46,430 nt of DNA from Candidatus Methanomethylophilaceae archaeon (GCA_944320495.1 CALUHR010000010.1:1-46430), one strand, 5' to 3'; positions 1 to 9,374 are shown, numbered from the stretch's first letter. Notes: generated by a model not told the origin, from the sequence alone. Numbers and translations are program-made.

Positions 1-103
1 CAGCTGTAAGCTGACTTTCCTTGACCTTTCCATTCTCAAGCAGGAACAACAACATGTTCATCACATGTCTCTCTGAAAGGACTGTTTGACCGCTACCGCT
101 CAC
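1..103 (-). CDS. Winged-helix DNA-binding protein, N-terminal part (runs off the left edge)
   Basis: GTG at 103 follows an in-frame TAG. Reads MSGSGQTVLSERHVMNMLLFLLENGKVKESQLTA, resembling the start of small archaeal wHTH regulators. Not in the ORF track. Confidence 0.5.
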   Translation of the reverse strand, partial: MSGSGQTVLSERHVMNMLLFLLENGKVKESQLTA

Positions 104-189
104 ATTCTATCAACCGTGTTTTATTCAGATATCAATTTTTATCCATTTTTGTAGACTTATACAAAAATAAATATATTTATATCAGTACA

Positions 190-209
190 TATCTACATTA
201 TTGTAGATA
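190..209. promoter_or_regulatory. Inverted repeat, candidate operator between divergent regulators
   Basis: TATCTACA-TTAT-TGTAGATA: 8-bp perfect arms with a 4-nt spacer. Related TGTAGA/CGTAGA half-sites lie near 150 and 223. Confidence 0.5.
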
Positions 210-241
210 AAATAGCGACTTTCGTAGACAGCAAGAGGATC

Positions 242-364
242 ATGAAAGCGAGCAGGGTTGCTCTTTCTGATGAGGTCAAGAACAGACTGGATGTCGATGA
301 GGGCGACACGGTGTTTTTCATCGAAGAAAACGGAAGGATCTATCTAAAGAAAGCAGAGGCTTGA
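242..364 (+). CDS. AbrB/MazE/SpoVT-family small DNA-binding protein
   Basis: MKASRVALSDEVKNRLDVDEGDTVFFIEENGRIYLKKAEA fits the AbrB pattern. The frame is open upstream (IVDKIATFVDSKRI), so the true start may be a non-ATG codon near 197-203. Confidence 0.7.
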   Translation: MKASRVALSDEVKNRLDVDEGDTVFFIEENGRIYLKKAEA

Positions 365-383
365 ACGCAGATTGAGAAAACAA

Positions 384-417
384 GGGTGCGGCTCACCGTG
401 GAAAGTACGCCGCACCC
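384..417. terminator. GC-rich hairpin downstream of the AbrB-like gene
   Basis: GGGTGCGGC (384-392) and GCCGCACCC (409-417) form a 9-bp stem. Confidence 0.4.
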
Positions 418-712
418 ACTAACAAAAAGTTGATGCTGCATGGAAAAGGACGGATTCAAGAGGTTCGGAAGGAAGAACTGTGTTTCCTAATTCCCAGGTC
501 CTGTTCATCTATTACTTGATCGTTCAAAAAACTCGCGCATCCTTCGTGAGGTTTTTTCTATTTGAATATATATCAACCAGCAAAGCTGGTTGATTATAAT
601 TCAAAGAACCAGAAAGATGAGGAGTCCGCCCTGATCGGGAAACGATGGGGAAACGCCTCGACCCGGCTGCGCCAACAGCCTGTCGAGGGGTCGGGGCGGA
701 CGGCCAAACAAG

Positions 713-1012
713 ATGGCTGCCATGGGCAGGAACGCAGTACAGGGTAAAAGGGATTGGAATGTCGACAACAGATCCGAGGGCGCCTTCGAGGAGGCCCTCG
801 ACGAGATGCTGAAACCTCTCGGTGAACAGATTGGCGTGAAGTTCTCGAACCATACGCTGAGAAGGACTTTCGGACGCACGATGTACCGTTCCAGTGTGGA
901 GGTGGCCACAATCTCGAAGATGATGGGTCACGAATCCATTGATCAGACACTGAAGTACATCGGGGTTGACTTGGACGACATGTGCAGTGCGATGAAGGCA
1001 TTTGCACTGTGA
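713..1012 (+). pseudogene. Truncated tyrosine recombinase/integrase (C-terminal catalytic third only)
   Basis: NHTLRRTFGR (HxxR box) and MMGHESIDQTLKYI (GH...Y nucleophile) are present. An in-frame TGA at 632-634 leaves no N-terminal domain or box I Arg. Confidence 0.8.
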
Positions 1013-1116
1013 AAACATCAAATGCTTTGGCATACGAAATGAAGGAGTAAGGTTAAAATGGATGTACAAAAGTGTGAATTGAGGGGTCAGGCTGAGAAAT
1101 CTGGCTGTACCATGAG

Positions 1117-1189
1117 TGGGCCCGCCCGGATTTGAACCGGAGTCAATGGCTCCCGAAGCCACAAGGATACCAAGCTACCCCACGGGCCC
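1117..1189 (-). tRNA. tRNA-Pro (anticodon CGG)
   Basis: GGGCCCG acceptor stem, anticodon arm GTGGC-TTCGGGA-GCCAT, T-loop GTTCAAATC. No encoded CCA. Confidence 0.95.
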
Positions 1190-1214
1190 ACTGGAACGCC
1201 CCAACGAATCCCCC

Positions 1215-1222
1215 GATAAAAG
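1215..1222 (-). promoter_or_regulatory. TATA box of tRNA-Pro
   Basis: CTTTTATC on the minus strand, about 27-33 nt upstream of the tRNA 5' end. Confidence 0.5.
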
Positions 1223-1320
1223 GGTTTGCCTGGACCTTCGATAAACCCATTGGAGACACGAAATCCTTTAATCATAGTTTAAGATACATAATGTATCTTA
1301 ATGAAGGGGGATACGGAACC

Positions 1321-1860
1321 ATGAGGATTGTCGTCATCGAAGGGAGCCCGCACAGAGACGGTTCGTCGAACATGCTTGCCCGCGAGTTCATCCGCGGAGC
1401 GGAGGGAGCAGGACATACCGTGAAGGTGTTCGACGCCGCCCATTCGAAGATAGGGCCGTGCAGGGGCTGCGATGTCTGCGGGATGAGCGGACCATGCGTC
1501 CAAAAGGATGACATGACCGCGATAAGGGAGGCCCTGTTGGATTCCGACATGGTCGTCTTCGTCACACCTCTCTACTACTTCGGCATGTCCGCCCAGATTA
1601 AGGCGGTAGTCGACCGCTTCTACGCCTTCAACGGACAGCTGATGTCAAAGCATCTCAGGGCTGCCCTAATATGTACGGCATGGAACAACGACGACTGGAC
1701 CATGAAGGACGTGTCCTCCCACTACGAGACGATCTGCAGATACCTCGGATTCGAAGATGTCGGGCAGGTTCTCGCAGTAGGATGCGGCACCCCGGGGATG
1801 ACCGAACGCTCCCCGTTCATGAGGGAGGCCTTCGAGCTAGGAAGCGGCCTGAGGGAGTGA
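1321..1860 (+). CDS. Flavodoxin-family/iron-sulfur flavoprotein (NADPH-dependent FMN reductase-like)
   Basis: MRIVVIEGSPHRDGSS start, CRGCDVC...C cluster motif, FVTPLYY. ATG 1321 chosen over the ORF-track start, which overlaps the tRNA. Confidence 0.88.
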   Translation: MRIVVIEGSPHRDGSSNMLAREFIRGAEGAGHTVKVFDAAHSKIGPCRGCDVCGMSGPCVQKDDMTAIREALLDSDMVVFVTPLYYFGMSAQIKAVVDRFYAFNGQLMSKHLRAALICTAWNNDDWTMKDVSSHYETICRYLGFEDVGQVLAVGCGTPGMTERSPFMREAFELGSGLRE

Positions 1861-1866
1861 GAACAC

Positions 1867-2757
1867 ATGTGCCAGACGACCTGCGCGGATGTCGATCGCA
1901 CCGTCGTGTCCGGCAGGACCTTGGACGACGAGCGCACCCTCTACGGGCTGTCGAACGCCGTGGTCGAGGGGTGCGCCTTCGCCGGTCCCGCCGACGGGGA
2001 GTCGGCCCTCAAGGAGTGCAGGGACATCGAGGTGCGCGATTGCCACTTCGACCTCCGCTACCCTCTCTGGCACGCCAATGGGTTCTCCATGAGCTGCTGC
2101 ACCATGTCCGCGACATGTCGTGCGGCGCTCTGGTACGACCACGACGGGACAGTACGCGACAGTAAGCTCGGAGGGCCCAAGGCCCTGCGGGAGTGCTCGG
2201 ATGTCGCCCTGGAGGGCTGCGGAATATCCTCTCCGGAGTTCGGCTGGAAATGCCACGGAGTCGTGATGAGGGACTGCAGACTCGAGTCGGAGTACCCGTT
2301 CCTGGACTGCGAGAACCTGACGATCGAAGGATTGAGGATGCGTGCGAAGTACTCGTTCCAGTATGTCCGCGGAGCTGTCGTCATGGACTCGGAGCTGGAC
2401 ACGAAGGACGCCTTCTGGCACAGCAAGGATGTGACCGTCGAGGACTGTGTCCTCAAGGGGGAGTACCTCGGCTGGTACTCGGAGAACCTCACCCTCGTGA
2501 GGTGCCGCGTATCCGGGACCCAGCCCCTGTGCTACTGCAGGAACCTCAGACTGATCGACTGCACGATGGATGGAGCCGACCTGGCGTTCGAGCGCTCCGA
2601 CGTCCAGGCCGATGTCCGCGGCCGCATCGATTCGGTGAAGAACCCGCTCTCCGGATGGATCCATGCGGACAGCATCGGCGAGATCGTCTATGACGGCACC
2701 GTGGACTGCGGATGCGAGATCCGCACCGGGAAGGAGACGAATCCATTGTTTGTCTGA
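1867..2757 (+). CDS. DUF3737-family beta-helix protein
   Basis: DERTLYG, ESALKECRDI, FDLRYPLWH, SKDAFWH, GEYLGWYS and QPLCYC motifs are typical of the family. Confidence 0.85.
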   Translation: MCQTTCADVDRTVVSGRTLDDERTLYGLSNAVVEGCAFAGPADGESALKECRDIEVRDCHFDLRYPLWHANGFSMSCCTMSATCRAALWYDHDGTVRDSKLGGPKALRECSDVALEGCGISSPEFGWKCHGVVMRDCRLESEYPFLDCENLTIEGLRMRAKYSFQYVRGAVVMDSELDTKDAFWHSKDVTVEDCVLKGEYLGWYSENLTLVRCRVSGTQPLCYCRNLRLIDCTMDGADLAFERSDVQADVRGRIDSVKNPLSGWIHADSIGEIVYDGTVDCGCEIRTGKETNPLFV

Positions 2758-2871
2758 TGGCAACCGTCATCCGATGACGGGAAATGCCGCCTCGGACCGC
2801 CCCTTTCCATAGCCAGACACTCGTGGTTTACATCAGCAACCCTCTTATACCAACAGCAGTTCTTTCATAGC

Positions 2872-3873
2872 ATGGATTTCGCACTGACGTCCTGCCCGTA
2901 TTGCGGGAGGGCGGTCGATTCCAGCGACCCGGCGAGATACGTGTGCCAGAGTTGCGGCAAGTACATCTACCGCGACCGCTCGGACACATTCTCGTTCATC
3001 CGTCCCAGCGAGATAGAGGACCGCTTCAGGGACATATTCTCAGCGGTCGCGGACGGGAACGACAGGAAGGCCATGGACATCGCCAACGACCTCGTGGAGA
3101 GCACAGAAGATGCCGACCACGACAGCTTCTTCGTCCGCGGCTACGTCAATGCGATCAAGGGAGAGGACGGTAAGGCCCTCGCCGATTGGAAGAAGGGCTG
3201 GGAGCTCCTCTCCAACGACAAGAACCTGGACGCCTACATCTGCCTGGTATCCAGAGCCATCGCATCCATGATCCTCTACAAGGAGCGCGAGTTCATCGAG
3301 TTCAGCGTGGTCGGCCACGTGGACAGACTCTGCGACGACATCGACGGCAGCACCGGCATGTCCTGCAAATCCTTCGTCTACTATTCGATCCTCGAGAACT
3401 GCCTGGACCTGGCAAAGGAGATGGATGAGGACGAGAGGAAGGTCCTCAGGGACGTCATACCCAACCTCTTCAGACGCGCCGTCGCCTATCAGCGCAACTA
3501 CTGGCGCCTCGCCGAGGTCATCGACTGGTACCTCCACTTCATCGATTTCCACGAGGAGACCTACGAGGACGACGACAACGAGGTCCCCCACATCTACTAT
3601 CTGGTGGGCAAGACCTTCGAGGAGCACATCTCGAGGATGACCGACGAGGATAGGATCAGGATCTTCGACCGCTGGGACGACAAGTCCCTGAGGGAGAACA
3701 TCGAGCCGCTCCTGGACGCCATGGTCGGACCCAAAAGGAACGGTATCCTCGCAATGATCCGCGGCAAGAAGGAGGGACAGGAGGGCTCCAACATCGATAC
3801 GATGATCCACACCTATGTGGACAAGTGCCTCCTCATCGACTCCCCGGCCGAGGAGCCCCGCACATCCGAGTGA
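2872..3873 (+). CDS. Hypothetical protein with N-terminal Zn ribbon and helical (TPR-like) region
   Basis: CPYCG...CQSCG followed by a helical region. Typical host codon usage. Confidence 0.7.
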   Translation: MDFALTSCPYCGRAVDSSDPARYVCQSCGKYIYRDRSDTFSFIRPSEIEDRFRDIFSAVADGNDRKAMDIANDLVESTEDADHDSFFVRGYVNAIKGEDGKALADWKKGWELLSNDKNLDAYICLVSRAIASMILYKEREFIEFSVVGHVDRLCDDIDGSTGMSCKSFVYYSILENCLDLAKEMDEDERKVLRDVIPNLFRRAVAYQRNYWRLAEVIDWYLHFIDFHEETYEDDDNEVPHIYYLVGKTFEEHISRMTDEDRIRIFDRWDDKSLRENIEPLLDAMVGPKRNGILAMIRGKKEGQEGSNIDTMIHTYVDKCLLIDSPAEEPRTSE

Positions 3874-3874
3874 T

Positions 3875-4435
3875 TCACAGGAATCCGGTGTGCTCCAGCA
3901 GGATCTTCAGTCCTATCAGCACCAGGATCACGCCGCCGAACACCTCGGCGATGGATCCGAACCTCTGGCCCACGTAGCTGCCGGCCTTCACGCCGACGGC
4001 GCTTATCGCGAAGGTCACAACACCAATGATCAGCGCTGGAACGGCTATGGAGCCCTCTGTCATGGCGAAGGTTATCCCGACCGCCAGCGCATCTATGCTA
4101 GTGGCGATCGCCAGAGGCAGCATCGCCCTGACACCGACATCCGCGTCCACGGACTCCTCCTCGCCGGAGAGGCCCTCGCGAACCATGTTGAGACCTATGA
4201 TCGCCAGAAGGATGAACGCGATCCAGTGGTCGTAGTCGGAGATGAGGTCGTACATCGCGGTGCCCAGGAAGAACCCGATGACCGGCATCAGCGCCTGGAA
4301 CGCCCCGAACCACAGACCGATGATGAGTATGTGACGGACGGACGGCTCCCTCAGCGAAAGGCCCTTGCACACGGACACCGCGAGGGCATCCATCGCCAGC
4401 CCGACCGCAATGAGGAACACCGACAGAACATCCAT
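3875..4435 (-). CDS. mntP: Manganese efflux pump MntP
   Basis: IAVGLAMDALAVS, FGAFQALMP and LAIATSIDALAVG signatures. Confidence 0.92.
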   Translation of the reverse strand: MDVLSVFLIAVGLAMDALAVSVCKGLSLREPSVRHILIIGLWFGAFQALMPVIGFFLGTAMYDLISDYDHWIAFILLAIIGLNMVREGLSGEEESVDADVGVRAMLPLAIATSIDALAVGITFAMTEGSIAVPALIIGVVTFAISAVGVKAGSYVGQRFGSIAEVFGGVILVLIGLKILLEHTGFL

Positions 4436-4469
4436 GCCGACCCGTACCGACAGCCCGTAGTTAATGGAA

Positions 4470-5387
4470 TCGGAAATCGTCCAGCCTGAACGATTCCCTC
4501 CCGCGGGAGTCGACTATCCTATCGCGGGGCATCACCGCGCCCCAGAGGAGCTCAGAGTCGTCGCAGTAGAGCCTCGTCCTGCGCTCCGCCGGGGTGGAAC
4601 GGTTGGCGTAGCAGTAGGCGCAGTCGTGGCCGCAGGTGTCGTACTCGCCGATGTCGATGGCACGGACGCATAGGCATCCGTCCCTCACGGGCGCATCCAG
4701 CGTCTCGTACGGCACGTCGAGGGAGCGCATCATGGCCGCGTCGATGCACCCGCGTCTCTGTATCCCGTATGATGACAGGTCCCTCCTCGGACAGCAGCAG
4801 CTCAGGGTCATCTCGTTCTCGCGGGCGGTCTCGGAGGCCATCCTCAGGAACGCGTCAGCCTCCGCGGCCGTCGGACCGCGGTACAGGTCCCCGGCCTTCG
4901 AGGCCCTACCATACATGTCCACGAAGCTGAACACGCACCTGTCCGTCCAGCGGGACGCCTCGCGGCACATCATGCGGAACTTCCGCTCGTGGTACGCCGC
5001 ATCCATGCCCTTCCCGTAGAGCACCGGGTCGTACCTCCAGACCATCCTGTCCCTGCCTATCCTCTCGGCTATGCGGGCGCAGCAGTCGCTGATGTCGGCC
5101 TTGAAGGGCACACCCGGCTCTATCGCCCTGCCGTACGGCGTCAGCGTGACCTGGAAGACGTACATGTGGCCCATCGAACCGATCTCCCTCAGGTACGGCT
5201 CCATCGGGCGGGGATCCTTCGTCATGAAGACGATGCAGTCCACGTTGCGCCTGCTGAGGTCGACCCTGAGGAGCGACGTCCTCGAGACGGGGTTCCGTAC
5301 CAGGCAGGAGCCCTCCCTGAGACGGGCCATCATCCACCGTGGATGGAAGGCAGGGATGTCGGTGCGGCGGCTGGCACAGATGATCAT
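4470..5387 (-). CDS. DUF1848-family protein (C-terminal Fe-S motif, SPL-like)
   Basis: MIICASRRTDIPAF start, WRYDP, YDTCGHDCAYCYA. First in-frame CGA at 4470-4472 follows RLDDF; standard TAA at 4461. Confidence 0.88.
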
Positions 5388-5463
5388 CGGTACTCGGAGT
5401 TGATCATCGGTGATAACCCTGGCGACGGCAGGGTTATACGGGCGTCCTGCTACTCTGGCCCCG

Positions 5464-5937
5464 ATGAGGGGCCCCTGCATTCACTCGTTCATCACGCTGA
5501 TCGGAAGCATGAGCGTCACCGAGGACGGTGAGGGACGCGTAACGGCGCTGTACCTGCCGAACCAGAACCTCCCGGCGATGGAGGAGTGCGAGACGGAGGT
5601 CCTCTCCGAGGCCGCCGGGCAGGTCAACGAGTACCTCTCCGGCAGGAGAAGGTCCTTCGACCTGCCACTCCTTATCGATGGGAGCGAGTTCAGGCGCTCG
5701 GTCCTCGGGGCACTTGTCGACATACCCTACGGGGAAGTCAGGACCTACGGGCAGATCGCCGAGACAGTGGGATCGCCGAGGGCTTACCGCGCCGTCGGGA
5801 CCGCCTGCGCGGAGAACATGATCCCGATAATCATCCCCTGTCACCGCGTCGTCCCCAGCTCCGGGGGTGTGGGCAACTACGCCGGCGGATCGGCGCTCAA
5901 GACCAGACTGATAGAGCTCGAGAGGGAGAACGCGTGA
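5464..5937 (+). CDS. ogt: Methylated-DNA-protein-cysteine methyltransferase
   Basis: IPYGEVRTYGQIA, RAVGTAC and IIPCHRVV active-site motif. Confidence 0.92.
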   Translation: MRGPCIHSFITLIGSMSVTEDGEGRVTALYLPNQNLPAMEECETEVLSEAAGQVNEYLSGRRRSFDLPLLIDGSEFRRSVLGALVDIPYGEVRTYGQIAETVGSPRAYRAVGTACAENMIPIIIPCHRVVPSSGGVGNYAGGSALKTRLIELERENA

Positions 5938-6620
5938 CATCCTATGGCGAGGAGGTCCGCAGGCTCGCGGATCCCAAGCTGGCGGAGTTCAACTCCAAGC
6001 TGAACCCCGGGAAGGAGGGTGTGATCGGCGTCAGGATGCCCCAACTGAGAGCCCTGGCCAAGAGGATCGTCAAGGAGGACTGGAGAGGCTTTCTCGATGA
6101 GACCCCGGGATCCTTCGAGGAGGAGGTCCTGCGCGGCATCGTGATCGCCACGGCCCCCGTGGACACGGAGGAGAGGATCCGCCTCTCCGAGGATTTCCAG
6201 CACTACATCGACAACTGGGCGACCTGCGACTGCTTCTGCCAGTCGTGGAGATTCCCCGGGAGGGATTCAGACATGGTGTGGGACTACTTCGCGTCCAAGA
6301 TCGGAACCGGCGAGGAGTTCCCGATGCGCGTGTCCGTCGTGGCGAGGATGTCGCTCTTCAAGGACAGGGACAGGATGCTCCTGCTCGCCGAGGACATAGA
6401 GTCCCACGACCATCCCGGCTACTACTACAGGATGGGCGCCGCATGGGCGGCGTCCGTGATATACGTCAGATTCCCGGACATCGGCATGTCGATGCTCGAA
6501 TCCGGGAGGATGGAGACGTGGACCCACAACAAGACGATCCAGAAGATCTGCGAGTCCCTCCGGGTGACCGATGGGGACCGGTCCGAGGTGCGGGCCCTCA
6601 GGCGCCGCAGAGCTCCCTGA
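5934..6620 (+). CDS. DNA alkylation repair enzyme (AlkD-like)
   Basis: GTG start in a GTGA overlap with ogt. GVRMPQLRALAK, IDNWATCD, YYRMGAAW, HNKTIQKICES. Confidence 0.85.
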   Translation: MTSYGEEVRRLADPKLAEFNSKLNPGKEGVIGVRMPQLRALAKRIVKEDWRGFLDETPGSFEEEVLRGIVIATAPVDTEERIRLSEDFQHYIDNWATCDCFCQSWRFPGRDSDMVWDYFASKIGTGEEFPMRVSVVARMSLFKDRDRMLLLAEDIESHDHPGYYYRMGAAWAASVIYVRFPDIGMSMLESGRMETWTHNKTIQKICESLRVTDGDRSEVRALRRRRAP

Positions 6621-7173
6621 CCAGCCTCTCGATCTCGTCGGCGTTCTCGTTCCCGACGCGGGCGCCCTTGCGCTCGAGCCAGGTCCATCCCCTGCGCTCG
6701 CACTCATCCTTGAACTTCGGGGAGGTGACGGCAATGAGCTTCCCGTCTGCGATGTCCCCGCGGTCCAGGAACATCTGGAACATGTCGTTCGGGACGCACA
6801 AGATGACCTTGTCGAACGGCTTGGTCAGGAATGAGGTCTGCTCGATGAAGCCCTTGGCCTCCTCGGCCGCCTCGTAGCCTGCCTTGTCCGACATGACGTC
6901 GGGGTAGTCGACGATCTGGTAGTTGCCTGGGACGAACCCGTACTTCGTGGTGATGACCCCGAACGATACGTCCACGAGCTTCGCACCGCCGGGAAATGTG
7001 GCGGTGTCCAGCCTCTTCACCAGGTTCTTCACCTCGGTCACGCGGCCTCCGAATATGTCGAAGGCGGTGGCCAGACGGTTCTTCACCAGGAATACGGTCG
7101 AATCGTTTGTGACGATCAGGATCCTCTTGCCGATCCTCGCCTCCACGAAGAGCTTGGTCTCGGGACAGGACAT
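6598..7173 (-). CDS. Conserved hypothetical protein directly downstream of hypD
   Basis: 191-aa ORF with strong host codon usage. Start abuts the hypD stop with a 0-nt gap. Confidence 0.7.
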   Translation of the reverse strand: MSCPETKLFVEARIGKRILIVTNDSTVFLVKNRLATAFDIFGGRVTEVKNLVKRLDTATFPGGAKLVDVSFGVITTKYGFVPGNYQIVDYPDVMSDKAGYEAAEEAKGFIEQTSFLTKPFDKVILCVPNDMFQMFLDRGDIADGKLIAVTSPKFKDECERRGWTWLERKGARVGNENADEIERLVRELCGA

Positions 7174-8262
7174 TCAGTTCACCTTCGGTCCGAGACGGTA
7201 GGCGATCGAGCAGTTGCCCTCGGCGGAGACCATGCACGGCCCCATGGGGTTCATCGGCTTGCAGACCTTCCCGAAGAGGGGGCACTGCTCCGACCTTATG
7301 AGCCCGCGCAGGACGTCTCCGCACCTGCATCCCTTGGCCTCCTCCTCGACCTCCGGGGTCTTGGCGAGGATGTCCTCGTGCACCTTGGTGGCGTCGTGGG
7401 CCTCGAACTCAGGCCTGAGGGCCAGGGCGCTCTTGGGGATCACCGGGAACCCGCGCCAGGAGCGGTCGACGGGTACGAAGGTCTCGTCCATGAGCTTCAG
7501 CGCCTTCGGGTTGCCCTCCGGGCGGACCAGACGGGTGTACTCGTTCTCGACCTCGGTCCTGCCCTCCTTGATCTGCTTGCAGAGCATGTAGCAGGACATG
7601 AGGATGTCCAGCGGCTCGAAGCCTGCGATGACCTGAGGGACGTGGTGCTTCTCGGACACGGGCTCGAACATGTGCGTGCCGGTGATGACGGCCACATGGC
7701 CGGGCATGATGAACCCGTCGATCCTGCTCTCGCCGAGCTGGAAGAGGGTCTCGATGATCGGAGGGCAGATCCTGTGGCAGCTGTAGACGCTGAAGTTCTC
7801 GGGGCAGTCGTCCCTGTGCAGGGGCACGCAGGTGGACGGGGCGGTTGTCTCGAAACCGACGCCGACGAACACCAGTGGCTTGTCGGGTTGGTCCCTCGCC
7901 ATCTTGACCGCGTCGTCTATCGAGTATACTATGCGCACGTCGGCGCCGTCGGCTTTGGCGGAGAAGAGGGATCCCGCGGTGGTGGGCACGCGCATCATGT
8001 CGCCGAAGGCGGTGACGGTGACGCCGTTCCTCGCCAGGGTTATGGCGTCGGCGATCTCGTGGCTGGTGGTGACGCACACGGGGCATCCGGGGCCCTGGGC
8101 GATGGTGACTCCGACATCGTTCAGCATCTCCTCGAGGCCGAAGCGGACGATGGTGTCCTGGTGCGTTCCGCATATGTGCATCAGGCGGACGTCGACGTCC
8201 AGCCTCCCGATCCCCTCCAGGATCTTCTTCGCGGTCTCCTCGTCCCTGTACTTGAACTCCAT
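7174..8262 (-). CDS. hypD: [NiFe]-hydrogenase maturation protein HypD
   Basis: MHICGTH, GPGCPVCVT, GFETTAP and CPLFGKVC...GPCMVSAEGNC motifs. Confidence 0.96.
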   Translation of the reverse strand: MEFKYRDEETAKKILEGIGRLDVDVRLMHICGTHQDTIVRFGLEEMLNDVGVTIAQGPGCPVCVTTSHEIADAITLARNGVTVTAFGDMMRVPTTAGSLFSAKADGADVRIVYSIDDAVKMARDQPDKPLVFVGVGFETTAPSTCVPLHRDDCPENFSVYSCHRICPPIIETLFQLGESRIDGFIMPGHVAVITGTHMFEPVSEKHHVPQVIAGFEPLDILMSCYMLCKQIKEGRTEVENEYTRLVRPEGNPKALKLMDETFVPVDRSWRGFPVIPKSALALRPEFEAHDATKVHEDILAKTPEVEEEAKGCRCGDVLRGLIRSEQCPLFGKVCKPMNPMGPCMVSAEGNCSIAYRLGPKVN

Positions 8263-8642
8263 CGCTCGACCTCCTCGATGTCCATGCACTTGACGGTGCA
8301 CTCCATGCCCTTCACGACCTCGATCTGACCACCGCACTCCGGGCATGCCAGCACCGGGACGGAATGGGTCTCGTAGTCCGGGTCCGTCAGCATCCTCGCA
8401 GGTCCGTTGTACCCGCAGGACGGGCAGCGGACCTCCACGGGGATGTGCTCTATCACGAGCTCGGAACCCTCGAGGATCGTGCCGGTGGTGACTATGCCGT
8501 AGGCGAACGTCATCTGCTCCTCGCCGAGGTTGGTGAGGTCGCCGATGCAGACGGTGACAGAATTCACCTTCTCGATGTTGTACTTGGACAGCTCGTCTAT
8601 CACGGCGTCCACGATGCCTGTCACGACCGACACTTCGTGCAT
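8262..8642 (-). CDS. hypA: Hydrogenase nickel incorporation protein HypA
   Basis: MHEVS start, CPSC and CPEC Zn motifs. Domain ends DIEEVE, then CGA (8262-8264) overlapping the hypD ATG. Standard stop at 8181. Confidence 0.93.
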
Positions 8643-8705
8643 GGGGTCGGTATCCTGGGACGTGACTTTAACCTTCACACTTCGGGGACCGATGGTAACC
8701 GCCGT

Positions 8706-9374
8706 TCACTTGCGGCCGAGGACCTCGGAGCCGTGATCGCACCATTGGGAGACTGGGCATCTCTCGCAGTGCGGGTGGTTCGGCAGGCAGACGACCTGGC
8801 CGTGCCTCACCAGGTACCTGTTGATGTCCGACCACCTCTCCCTAGGGGTGATGTCCATCAGGGCGAACTCGGTCTCCTCGGGGGTCCTGGTATGCACCAG
8901 ACCCATCAGGTTGGCGATGCGGTGGACGTGGGTGTCCACGCACACGGATGGTATGTTCATCGCATACGAGCGGACGCAGGCGGCGGTCTTGCGGCCGACC
9001 ATCGGGAGACTGACCAGCTCCTCGGTGCTCTCCGGGACCCTTCCCCCGAACTCGTCCCTGAGCTTGATGCAGCACCTGACGATGGCGTCGGCCTTCTGCT
9101 TCGGGAATCCTGCGGGGCGGATCAGCTCCGCCACCTCAGCAGGGTCCGCGCCCGCGATGGCGTCTATGGAATCGTATCTGTGGAACAGGTTGTCGGACGC
9201 CTTGCGCGTGTTGTCGTCCCTCGTGCGCTGCGACAGTATCGTGGCGATGAGGACGTGGAAGGGGTCCGCGGGCCACTCCGGGTTCAGACCCTCCGAGTTG
9301 CGGCCAGGATACGCTCCGCCCAGGTACTCCCCCGAGAGCGTGTCGAGAATCGGGACGATCTGTCCGCCATCCAT
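8706..9374 (-). CDS. nth: Endonuclease III (HhH-GPD, 4Fe-4S)
   Basis: LIATILSQRT, LPMVGRKTA, VDTHVHRI and CLPNHPHCERCPVSQWC motifs. Confidence 0.93.
   Translation of the reverse strand: MDGGQIVPILDTLSGEYLGGAYPGRNSEGLNPEWPADPFHVLIATILSQRTRDDNTRKASDNLFHRYDSIDAIAGADPAEVAELIRPAGFPKQKADAIVRCCIKLRDEFGGRVPESTEELVSLPMVGRKTAACVRSYAMNIPSVCVDTHVHRIANLMGLVHTRTPEETEFALMDITPRERWSDINRYLVRHGQVVCLPNHPHCERCPVSQWCDHGSEVLGRK

Larger units (their letters stand above)
1..1116. mobile_element. Right end of a decayed integrative element/genomic island abutting the tRNA-Pro 3' end
   Basis: Visibly AT-richer than the flanking DNA. Carries a truncated tyrosine integrase ending about 100 bp from the tRNA 3' end plus two small divergent regulators. 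Continues past the left edge. Confidence 0.7.

Noticed and set aside
562-747. 61-aa ORF as the frameshifted integrase N-terminus
   Set aside because: It has no recognisable box I Arg or core-binding-domain similarity.
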